Translations under genes and position numbers: made by a program
From: a virus
IMG/VR virus record: IMGVR_UViG_3300028481_000016
Location: 1 to 33,466 of that record
Strand: one strand, 5' to 3'
DNA length: 33,466 bases
Notes under the pieces: model-generated
What the model was told of the DNA's origin: nothing
The model's input: only the letters and a program-made list of their open reading frames with translations
Databases searched by the model: none
Shown here: positions 8,172 to 15,923 of the stretch, in pieces
Position numbering within the stretch: the first letter of the stretch is position 1
How the letters are laid out: each line of letters starts with the position of its first letter

Positions 8172-8609
8172 CTATTCAACTACATCATTTTTTATTATAA
8201 TTGGTTTATCACTACCATCAAGTTGTATATCCCATCTATCTCGCCAATTTTTAGAATCTCTATTCTTTAAATAAAACATTAAAGCTGGTACACTCGGGGG
8301 TATATACTTCTTATATATCGTAGTGTTGCCGTCTTTATCAGTCTTTTCTTCTTCTACATAATACCCCTCACACATACGTTTTAAAGCATTTACACAATCA
8401 AATATTGCTGGTTGCAGTCCTTCATAATATGCTCCTTTAAATTTCTCATGTTTACCGCACATATAATAAAAATTACCTTTCGATATTTTCAACACTTTGT
8501 CGCATATATCTTTTATAGACATACCTTCACTTACACATTTAGTCAATAATTTTAAATTAGATGGCTCTAATAATACTTCTTCTTTAAAACTGCTCCCATC
8601 TGTTTTCAC
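8172..8609 (-). CDS. terS: Terminase small subunit
   Basis: N-terminal HTH-like region plus YIPPSVPALMFYLKNRDSKNWRD; directly upstream of terL. Confidence 0.75.
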   Translation of the reverse strand: MKTDGSSFKEEVLLEPSNLKLLTKCVSEGMSIKDICDKVLKISKGNFYYMCGKHEKFKGAYYEGLQPAIFDCVNALKRMCEGYYVEEEKTDKDGNTTIYKKYIPPSVPALMFYLKNRDSKNWRDRWDIQLDGSDKPIIIKNDVVE

Positions 8610-8667
8610 ATCAATTCACTCCATTTTTATTTTTTTCTTTTTTAAAATATCACAAAGGAGAAAAAAA

Positions 8668-9315
8668 ATGAATTATAAATTTATAATTGATAATATTGTT
8701 TTACCTATCACTCCTAAAGAGATAAAAACAAAAATAAACAATAAAAACTCTACTATCGACATTATTAATTTAGGAGAGGTAAATATATTAAAATTACCAG
8801 GTCTCAATACTTTTGAATTTGATTTCGTGGCTCCTGCTTTTAACTATCATTTTGTTTCTGATTTTAAAGAACAAAACTTCTATTACTCTTGGCTCGAAAA
8901 ATTAAAAACTGAAAAAAAAATATTCCCTTTCTCTATCTCAAGACAACTTCCTGACGGTAGCATTAAATATCCTACTATCGCTAACGTATCTCTAGAAGAA
9001 TATTCTATATTAGAATCTTCTGACGAGGGATTTGATATCATTTTCTCAGTAATACTCAAACAATATAAACATTTCCATACTCAATATATCCAAATTAGCA
9101 ACTCTAATAACGGTGATAAAACTGTTCAACAAAAAAAACAACGAGAATATACTAAAGAACCAGAAAAAACTTACACTGTTAAAAAAGGTGATACGCTCTG
9201 GAATATCGCTAAAAAAGAATTAAATGACGGGGCTAAATATATTGATATTGCTAAACTAAACAACATCGAAAATCCTAATAAAATATATCCAGGTCAAATT
9301 CTAAAACTAAATTAA
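8668..9315 (+). CDS. xkdP: LysM-domain tail protein (XkdP-like)
   Basis: LPITPKEIK, VSLEEYSI and C-terminal LysM YTVKKGDTLWNIAKK..NPNKIYPGQILKL. ATG 8668 follows AAAGGAG. Confidence 0.9.
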   Translation: MNYKFIIDNIVLPITPKEIKTKINNKNSTIDIINLGEVNILKLPGLNTFEFDFVAPAFNYHFVSDFKEQNFYYSWLEKLKTEKKIFPFSISRQLPDGSIKYPTIANVSLEEYSILESSDEGFDIIFSVILKQYKHFHTQYIQISNSNNGDKTVQQKKQREYTKEPEKTYTVKKGDTLWNIAKKELNDGAKYIDIAKLNNIENPNKIYPGQILKLN

Positions 9316-9372
9316 AAAAATACCTGACAAATATTTTTCATATTATAAAATAAATAAAGGTGGAATATAAAT

Positions 9373-9771
9373 ATGTTGCCTAACATTAATTTGACAGATA
9401 ATATCGAATTTAAATCACAAACATCAAACACATACAAATTAAACATTAAAAAAAATAATATATCGGGGTTTATAGACGAAATTAATGCAGTAAAACAAGC
9501 GGTATATTTAATCCTTAATATTGAACGTTATCGTTATTTGATTTATGATTGGGATTATGGATTCGAAATATCTGACTTAATCGGTCAAGATATTAACATT
9601 ATACAAATTGAAATTCAAAAGCGTATATCTGACGCTCTAAAACAAGATGAAAGAATTATTGATGTTTACGACTTCATCTTTAAAAAAATAAACAAAATTT
9701 TACATGTAACTTTCTCTATTAATACAATATTTGGAGAATATACTGAGGAAAAGAACTTTGAAATAGCTTAA
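9373..9771 (+). CDS. xkdS: Baseplate wedge protein DUF2634 (XkdS-like)
   Basis: AVKQAVYLILNIERYRYLIYDWDYGFE and DALKQDERI motifs. Confidence 0.88.
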   Translation: MLPNINLTDNIEFKSQTSNTYKLNIKKNNISGFIDEINAVKQAVYLILNIERYRYLIYDWDYGFEISDLIGQDINIIQIEIQKRISDALKQDERIIDVYDFIFKKINKILHVTFSINTIFGEYTEEKNFEIA

Positions 9772-9791
9772 TAAATGGGGGTGTTTGTAAC

Positions 9792-10910
9792 TTGAATGAA
9801 AACATCGGCATAAATAATAAAATTACCGTTACACAAAATTACACGGAAACCTTTTCTCAAATTAATCAAATAATAGAAAAAACTATCACAGATATAAATA
9901 ATCTCTCAAACGTATCTCAAAACATATTTAACATCAAACAAATTGAAAGCACAAAAGAGAAACTATCTGATCTAGCAATAAATAACATTCCTGATTTGTC
10001 ATGGCTTAATTCTATACCTGAAAAACTTACTAACATAAATAACTCAATCGCTAATATCAATAATTCAATCGCTAATACTATATCTTCAATTTCTGCCCCT
10101 ATTGAAACAACAGAAAACAATATCTCAAATATAAACTTAACTCTAAATTCAATCTCCGCAAATGCTATAGCAACATCAAATATAATTACTTCAGCAATAA
10201 ATAGCATAAATAATCAAATCATAAATTCTTATATGCTTATCAATAATACGTCTGGCTCTACTTTCTCATTAATTAATGATTCATTGTATTTTACTGCCAA
10301 TTCATTTTTAAGCACTTTCAACTATATTCAAACCGCTTTCTCTAATTTGACAAATTTCACTCAAAATATCGGCTCAGCTTCGGTAAGTTTTTGGACTAAT
10401 ATCGCCAATAAAATTTCAAATGTTATGATTAACTCAATAAACGACATTATAAAATCATGGAATAACCTGTTAAATTTGATTGGAACAAATATATCTGCTA
10501 ATATGAACATAACAAAAAAAGAAACTACATCTTATAAAAATATAATTAAATCTTCTACAATCTCAATCCCTCAAACATTAGCTAATAACAACATCTCAAA
10601 AAATATCGGAACAACTACTAAAAATAACTCATCTATCCCTACAAATATTCTAAACAATGTAATCAGTAAAGCAAATAACAATACAAATAATATACTAACT
10701 TCTAACAATGAAAACAAAAATATAAAATACATTCAAGAATCAGCTTTTAAAGAATCAAATAACACTTTCAACTCAAACAATATAAAAATAAATATGACTA
10801 ACAACAACAACATAAGCTCAAATATGGATGTGAACGACGTAATTAATAACATGACCAAACTTTTACACGAACAATTAAATATACAAGCAAACGGTATAAA
10901 TAATTATTAA
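9792..10910 (+). CDS. Short, N/S/I/T-rich tape-measure-like protein (XkdO-like termini)
   Basis: C-terminal IKINMTNNNNISSNMDVNDVINNMTKLLHEQL resembles the end of clostridial myophage tape measures; no other candidate in the window. Confidence 0.6.
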   Translation: MNENIGINNKITVTQNYTETFSQINQIIEKTITDINNLSNVSQNIFNIKQIESTKEKLSDLAINNIPDLSWLNSIPEKLTNINNSIANINNSIANTISSISAPIETTENNISNINLTLNSISANAIATSNIITSAINSINNQIINSYMLINNTSGSTFSLINDSLYFTANSFLSTFNYIQTAFSNLTNFTQNIGSASVSFWTNIANKISNVMINSINDIIKSWNNLLNLIGTNISANMNITKKETTSYKNIIKSSTISIPQTLANNNISKNIGTTTKNNSSIPTNILNNVISKANNNTNNILTSNNENKNIKYIQESAFKESNNTFNSNNIKINMTNNNNISSNMDVNDVINNMTKLLHEQLNIQANGINNY

Positions 10911-10922
10911 GAGGTGATTATT

Positions 10923-11678
10923 TTGAGCACAAATACGCATATTATCAAAATTTGTATTGATGCAGGACACGGTGGCAAAGATCCTGGTGCTGTTTATGGT
11001 GATTGGTTGGAGAAAGAATTTACTCTTGATATCGCTTTAAAATTAAAGAAAAAACTTAATAGCTATAAACAAATAAATGCTATTATGACAAGAGAAACAG
11101 ATGAATTTATAAGTTTGTCTGCTCGTTGTCTTGTTGCTAATCAGAATAAATGCGATTTGTTCGTTTCTATTCATATAAACTCAGCTACTAATCAATTAGC
11201 TAGCGGAATAGAAACTCATATATACAGCAAAAATGAAAATTTGACAGGGCAAATTTTCCAAAATAAATTAATAGAAGCCACACAAGCAATTAATCGAGGT
11301 GTTAAAATTAGCCCTACTTTATATGTATTAAACTCAACTAAAATGCCATCTGTTTTACTTGAACTCGGATTTATTAATAACTTTAATGATATAAACAAGC
11401 TAAGGAAAGAAACTTATCGAGATAATCTTGCTACAGCCATTGAAAAAGCTATTTGCAGATATTTTAATATCGAAGTTTTAAAAGAAAACAAAAAGGAGCG
11501 TATAAAAATGATATACAAGACTGTTAACGAGATACCTGAATATGCTAAAAGTATAATTAAAGATTTAGTCGATTCGGGTGTTATTAAAGGCGAAGAAAAC
11601 GGTAATTTAAACTTGTCGGATGAAATGATAAGAACTATTATTATTACTAAACGTATGATCGAGAGGGAAAAAGCTTAA
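10923..11678 (+). CDS. Endolysin, N-acetylmuramoyl-L-alanine amidase (Amidase_3)
   Basis: IDAGHGGKDPGA, FVSIHINS and VLLELGFINN. ORF starts at 10914; the RBS favours TTG 10923. Confidence 0.92.
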   Translation: MSTNTHIIKICIDAGHGGKDPGAVYGDWLEKEFTLDIALKLKKKLNSYKQINAIMTRETDEFISLSARCLVANQNKCDLFVSIHINSATNQLASGIETHIYSKNENLTGQIFQNKLIEATQAINRGVKISPTLYVLNSTKMPSVLLELGFINNFNDINKLRKETYRDNLATAIEKAICRYFNIEVLKENKKERIKMIYKTVNEIPEYAKSIIKDLVDSGVIKGEENGNLNLSDEMIRTIIITKRMIEREKA

Positions 11679-11679
11679 T

Positions 11680-12306
11680 ATGTTAAAAAAAAAAATTAAT
11701 GGTGTTTGGCAAAATTGCTATGTTGTTAAAAATAAAGTAAGTGGTTCTTGGGTTGATATTAAAAGATCTGGTGGGAAACCACTAAAAAGATATACAAATG
11801 GTTCATGGGTGTTGATTTATTATCCTGAACTCAACAGAATAGGTTATTCTTTCGGACCACGTGGAGGATGGAATACTATCTATAACAGCAATTCAAAAAT
11901 AACAATTTCGGATCATGAATATGACGCTACTTATCCAAGAACAACAAAAGCTTATTATGGTACTTTCCCTGTTGTATCTGGTGATGTACTTACAGGTAGC
12001 ACAGAATATAATATTTACGGGGATTCAGATTATAATTCTATAAAAGTCTCAATTGTGAATTTTTCAAGCTCTACATCGACTAGCTACTCCACAATATATG
12101 TTATTCGTACTGCAGATTCATCCGGTGGATCAAGTCAAACTTTTAGCTATAGATTTAGCAACTCTTATAATAATATAGGTTTGTATTTGGAGACTAAAGC
12201 TGCAGAAGGTGATTATGCTATGTCAAATGTTGACCTATATGTAAAAAATTTCGCTCTAAATGATGTTGAATTTAAAATACAGGGTGAACAAATATTTAAT
12301 GAATGA
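11680..12306 (+). CDS. Putative tail-fibre tip / receptor-binding protein
   Basis: N-terminal KKKINGVWQ..KNKVSGSW..RYTNGSW repeats of the type seen in fibre-associated proteins, followed by a beta-rich domain. Confidence 0.4.
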   Translation: MLKKKINGVWQNCYVVKNKVSGSWVDIKRSGGKPLKRYTNGSWVLIYYPELNRIGYSFGPRGGWNTIYNSNSKITISDHEYDATYPRTTKAYYGTFPVVSGDVLTGSTEYNIYGDSDYNSIKVSIVNFSSSTSTSYSTIYVIRTADSSGGSSQTFSYRFSNSYNNIGLYLETKAAEGDYAMSNVDLYVKNFALNDVEFKIQGEQIFNE

Positions 12307-12335
12307 TTGACAACTTTTTTTTACTGATATAAAAT
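12307..12335 (+). promoter_or_regulatory. Sigma-A-type promoter
   Basis: TTGACA, 17-nt spacer, TAAAAT upstream of 12359. Confidence 0.8.
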
Positions 12336-12358
12336 TAATTAAATAGAGGAGGTAATTT

Positions 12359-12904
12359 ATGCAAAATTATTATTATCAGCCTAATATCAACGATACTTAT
12401 TTAAACCGCTTACAACGTCTTAATCAGTTGCAAAATCAATTTAACAGCCAATATCCACCATATAATAACCCTTTACCATTAAACAACCAAATTATATTTG
12501 TACAAGGCGAAACAGGGGCTAAAGCTTATCAAATTCCAAATAATACAACGATTTTATTAATGTCAAGCGAAGGCAATGAATTCTTTATCAAGACAACAGA
12601 TTCAAGCGGATTTCCAACTATAAGAAAATTCACATTTCAAGAACAGCCAAACCAAGAACAACAACCAAAACAATGTTCTTGCGATTGCCAAAACAACAGC
12701 ACTGCACCTTTACCTTTAAAAGACTATGTAACACAGGAAGAATTTAATAACTTCAAAAAGGAGATTTTAAATTTCTATGAATCCAATTTATCAAATGGTA
12801 AGCCAACAATTGGCAACAAAAAATCCAATGATGGCTACAATGATAAAAAACTTGTCAAGCGGAATGACGCCAAAACAAATGGTAATGAATATGATGAAAA
12901 ATAA
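12359..12904 (+). CDS. Conserved gut-phage hypothetical protein (Q/P-rich N-terminus, FVQGETGAKAY motif)
   Basis: First gene of a block recalled from clostridial phages; GAGGAGG RBS. Confidence 0.7.
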   Translation: MQNYYYQPNINDTYLNRLQRLNQLQNQFNSQYPPYNNPLPLNNQIIFVQGETGAKAYQIPNNTTILLMSSEGNEFFIKTTDSSGFPTIRKFTFQEQPNQEQQPKQCSCDCQNNSTAPLPLKDYVTQEEFNNFKKEILNFYESNLSNGKPTIGNKKSNDGYNDKKLVKRNDAKTNGNEYDEK

Positions 12905-13007
12905 TAATAATCCAATGTTATCTCAGCTTGTGAATATGGCTAATAATGGAAACATAAACAACATAGAAAATATGGCTCGTCAATTGTTTCAGCAAAGATG
13001 TACTTGA
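12777..13007 (+). CDS. Small M/N/Q-rich hypothetical protein, probably 3'-truncated
   Basis: MNPIYQMV...NIENMARQLFQQR, then an abrupt CT-stop at the inferred deletion junction. Confidence 0.55.
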   Translation: MNPIYQMVSQQLATKNPMMATMIKNLSSGMTPKQMVMNMMKNNNNPMLSQLVNMANNGNINNIENMARQLFQQRCT

Positions 13008-13482
13008 AAACAGATACACAAATCAATTAGGGATACAACAAGTAATTGCAAATGACAATAATTGTTGTATGCAGACACAAAATCAAATTCTGAATAGTAA
13101 GTATGATCTGGATAAAGAGATATTACAGAACAGATACGAGAATTCTATACAGACGCAAACATTATCAGGACAATTGGCTCAGTGTTGTTGTGACATTAAA
13201 AACACAGCACATCAAGAGGGAGAAGCAACTCGCGCTTTGATTACTCAAAATATGATTGATAATTTGAGAGATCAATTAGCTGCTACAAGGGAACAATTAA
13301 CCAATGCTAGAAGTGCTAATTTGGCTAATTCAATAATGGCTGATAATGCAGCACAAACACAGACATTGATTAGTTCTCTTTTGCCAAGACCAGTACCAGC
13401 ATATCCTTCTGCGTCACCTTATATGGCGTATAATTGGAGCAACTATTTTAATAATGGTGGTTGCCCGTATAATAACATTTAG
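12997..13482 (+). pseudogene. 5'-truncated Cys-rich (QCCCD) conserved phage protein
   Basis: Frame is open from 12967 with coding-like DVLENRYTNQLG but has no start or RBS. Internal ATG 13069 lacks an RBS. Confidence 0.55.
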
Positions 13483-13636
13483 AAAATTTATTATCTTGCA
13501 TTTAAATCGACCATATTATAAAAAGGGTTTAAATTTGTACTTATTCGCTTAATGATTTAGGGTTTAAAGAAAAAAAGCAATAGCTTTGTAAAAACTTTTT
13601 TTGATGCAACGAGCTGATGAGTCAGCCAAAATTCAC

Positions 13637-13679
13637 AGGGATGAACGTCTGACTGAATTGTTCATTTCTGTTTTTTTTT
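13637..13679 (+). terminator. Terminator-like hairpin directly before the RBS of 13692
   Basis: ACAGGGATGAAC / GTTCATTTCTGT stem followed by a T-tract, then AGGAGG. Confidence 0.6.
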
Positions 13680-13691
13680 AGGAGGTTTATT

Positions 13692-14111
13692 ATGATCGAA
13701 GTTTATACTCAAAATGTAACAGTACCAGCAATGACTGCTATACCTTTTAATAACACGACAATTCAAAAGGGAATAACAGCAATAAAAACTGGAACTGCTA
13801 CTATTCAATTTAATCGTATTGGTGTTTATGTAGTATCTTTTGACGCTTCTGCTTCTTTGGCAGATGGTGGAACAACTGGTGATATTATTTGTCAGCTTTA
13901 TAAAAATGGCTCAAATCAAATTCAAGCGACTACAAGTGCAACATCTACAAGCGAAACAGACATTGTGCATATGTCATTCACAACGCTTGTTCAAGTACCC
14001 CAAAATAATACTTGCAATTGTGCTACTTCTCCGACTACAATACAAATAATGAATATCGGTGTACCTGCTTTATTTGCTCAAGCCGATCTAGTAGTTACTA
14101 AATTATGTTGA
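13692..14111 (+). CDS. Beta-sandwich protein, possibly BclA-C/C1q-like
   Basis: AIPFNNT..IQFNRIGVYVVSF..QLYKNG pattern; AGGAGG RBS. Confidence 0.55.
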   Translation: MIEVYTQNVTVPAMTAIPFNNTTIQKGITAIKTGTATIQFNRIGVYVVSFDASASLADGGTTGDIICQLYKNGSNQIQATTSATSTSETDIVHMSFTTLVQVPQNNTCNCATSPTTIQIMNIGVPALFAQADLVVTKLC

Positions 14112-14121
14112 GGGTGGAAAA

Positions 14122-14589
14122 ATGTATAATTGGGAAGAAATGTTTAATATAATTTGCAAAAAATATACAGGTGAAGCATTAAAAGAAAAATATGGTGCTT
14201 GTATGGAAAAATTTATGCGGAAATTAAAGAATGAAAATCAAGATTTATATTATGAGCTAATGTCTGGTTTATATGTTTTAGTTTTTGGCGAACATTTTAA
14301 TGAAGAACTAGCAAAAGAAGCGGTTGAAAATATGAAAAATGGAGACGGTACAACTGGAGCGCATTGGACATTACAAGAAGCAATAGAAATAGCCAAAAAT
14401 GAAGGAATAAGCTTTAAAAAATTTAACGAATATGATTGGTTTTATGTTTTGAATATGATTTACAGTGATTTTTATAAAGTATTCATAAACAATACAAATC
14501 TTTATGTTAAAACAGCTGTTGAATGGCTGAATGATATTGACGTAACACCAGGTAAAGCTTACAGATACTATATAAAAGTTGTAAAATAA
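14122..14589 (+). CDS. Conserved phage hypothetical protein (HWT..NMIYSD..WLND.D..GKAYRYY)
   Basis: Recognisable conserved motif set; last gene of the accessory block. Confidence 0.7.
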   Translation: MYNWEEMFNIICKKYTGEALKEKYGACMEKFMRKLKNENQDLYYELMSGLYVLVFGEHFNEELAKEAVENMKNGDGTTGAHWTLQEAIEIAKNEGISFKKFNEYDWFYVLNMIYSDFYKVFINNTNLYVKTAVEWLNDIDVTPGKAYRYYIKVVK

Positions 14590-14626
14590 TAAATGGCTGA
14601 TACAATTTTATAAAGAGGTGAAACTC

Positions 14627-15043
14627 ATGGATCTTTCCAGCTTTTTTCGTGAAAATGCAATCAAAACTAAAGAAATAAAATATGTCGCTTCCACAAGATT
14701 TGTGAATAAAAATAAAGAACCTATTGAGTGGATATTAAAACCTGTTTCTTCTCAAATAGACGAGGATTTAAGGAGACAAGCAACTAAATATAAAAATATA
14801 TCAGGACAGACACAATATGATTTTGACGCAAATAAATATATCGGATTATTGGCTGTTGCTTGTACTATTTACCCAAACTTAAACGATGCTAATCTACAAA
14901 ACTCATATAATGTAATGGGGGCAGACTCTTTATTAAAAAAAATGTTATTACCAGGTGAATATGCAAATTATTTAAATAAAGTACAAGAAATTTGCGGATT
15001 CACACAAAATATAAATGATATGGTACAACAAGCAAAAAACTAA
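14627..15043 (+). CDS. xkdN: Tail assembly chaperone (XkdN-like, gpG equivalent)
   Basis: YVASTRF..PIEW and YPNLNDANLQNSYNVMGADSLLKKMLLPGEY motifs; ATG follows GAGGTG. Confidence 0.9.
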   Translation: MDLSSFFRENAIKTKEIKYVASTRFVNKNKEPIEWILKPVSSQIDEDLRRQATKYKNISGQTQYDFDANKYIGLLAVACTIYPNLNDANLQNSYNVMGADSLLKKMLLPGEYANYLNKVQEICGFTQNINDMVQQAKN

Positions 15044-15228
15044 TAAAAGACGGTGATTTCGATAGTAATTATGCATATTACTGTTTGCACAAACTAAAGA
15101 TATTACCGTCGCAATTTATTAATATGTCTAAACCCGAAAAAGCTTTTATTATCGCTGCTATCGACTTCAAAATAGAAAAAGACAAAAAAGAACTTACAAA
15201 AATAAAAAATAAAAACACAAAAAAATAG
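15034..15228 (+). CDS. -1 frameshift extension of the tail chaperone (gpGT equivalent)
   Basis: Slippery A AAA AAC (15034-15040) precedes TAA. The -1 frame reads KLIKDGDFDSNYAYYCLHKLKILPSQF..AFIIAAID, ending at TAG 15228. Confidence 0.8.
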   Translation, partial: KKLIKDGDFDSNYAYYCLHKLKILPSQFINMSKPEKAFIIAAIDFKIEKDKKELTKIKNKNTKK

Positions 15229-15304
15229 TCTTACTGGCGGATTTTTAAATTGCCTTAAAAAAAAATATCATATTGACAAATATTTTTATGTGTTAATATT
15301 GTCT

Positions 15305-15420
15305 TGCGTGTATTATAGCACGTAAATAAAATAAATTCAAATTTAAAATTTATTTATGTGAAAAATATTTTGAGAAAATTTTTTTGACGCGAGCGACTAT
15401 ATATTTTTATAGTCGTTTTT
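15305..15420 (+). ncRNA. Candidate intergenic sRNA
   Basis: TTGACA at 15273 with TATTGT 18 nt downstream; two hairpins; terminator CGACTAT..ATAGTCG followed by a T-tract; no ORF with an RBS. Confidence 0.4.
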
Positions 15421-15442
15421 TTGTTATTATTACAACATAATT

Positions 15443-15766
15443 TTAAATTGTATCTTCAAGCTTTTTTTTATCTTCTTCTAATTTTATATTAATCTTTTCC
15501 ATATCTTCAAATGTCTTTTTATCATTCTCAATTGCTATATCAGCCTTTTTATTAAGTGTATCAAGCCTATTCATCATATCATCGTAAAATTTAAATTTAT
15601 TCTTATCTTTATTTATGTCAACGACAGGAGCTTCTGCTTCATTTTCAAACTTTGGCTCTGTAGAAATAATAATATGCTCGTTTCTGTTTCTACGGCAAAA
15701 AAATACAATTAAACATATGCAAATCAAGACAAATAAACAAATTGCGCCTAAAATAAGCCATTCCAT
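15443..15766 (-). CDS. Single-pass membrane protein with a coiled-coil C-terminus
   Basis: Hydrophobic, Cys-containing N-terminus followed by RRNR; own promoter (TTGACA 15830-15835 on minus). Confidence 0.7.
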   Translation of the reverse strand: MEWLILGAICLFVLICICLIVFFCRRNRNEHIIISTEPKFENEAEAPVVDINKDKNKFKFYDDMMNRLDTLNKKADIAIENDKKTFEDMEKINIKLEEDKKKLEDTI

Positions 15767-15871
15767 TGTATTTATCACCACCAGTTTTAAATATTGTTAC
15801 GATTATATATTAATATGTAATTTCTATATTGTCAAGCAAAAATTATGATATATAAATAAAATTATAAGAAA

Positions 15872-15901
15872 AAAAATAGCCTATATCACAAGGCTATTTT
15901 T
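15872..15901. terminator. Bidirectional terminator after the capsid gene
   Basis: AAAAATAGCCT-8 nt-AGGCTATTTTT. Confidence 0.75.
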
Positions 15902-15923
15902 GCAGTTCAGTTTAATTATAATA

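Noticed and set aside
12964-13007. Stop-codon reassignment explaining the broken accessory genes
   Set aside because: All other recognisable genes are full length under the standard bacterial code and use TAA, TAG and TGA as stops. A local deletion explains the break better.
13614-13660. Hammerhead ribozyme (CTGATGA core)
   Set aside because: The stem closing GTCAG/CTGAC is followed by TGAA rather than GAAA, and I could not build stems I and III with a cleavage triplet.
13675-13694. TnpB1 guide targeting another RBS in the genome
   Set aside because: 14/20 match with mismatches at guide positions 4 and 6, driven by the shared SD sequence; unlikely to be cleaved.
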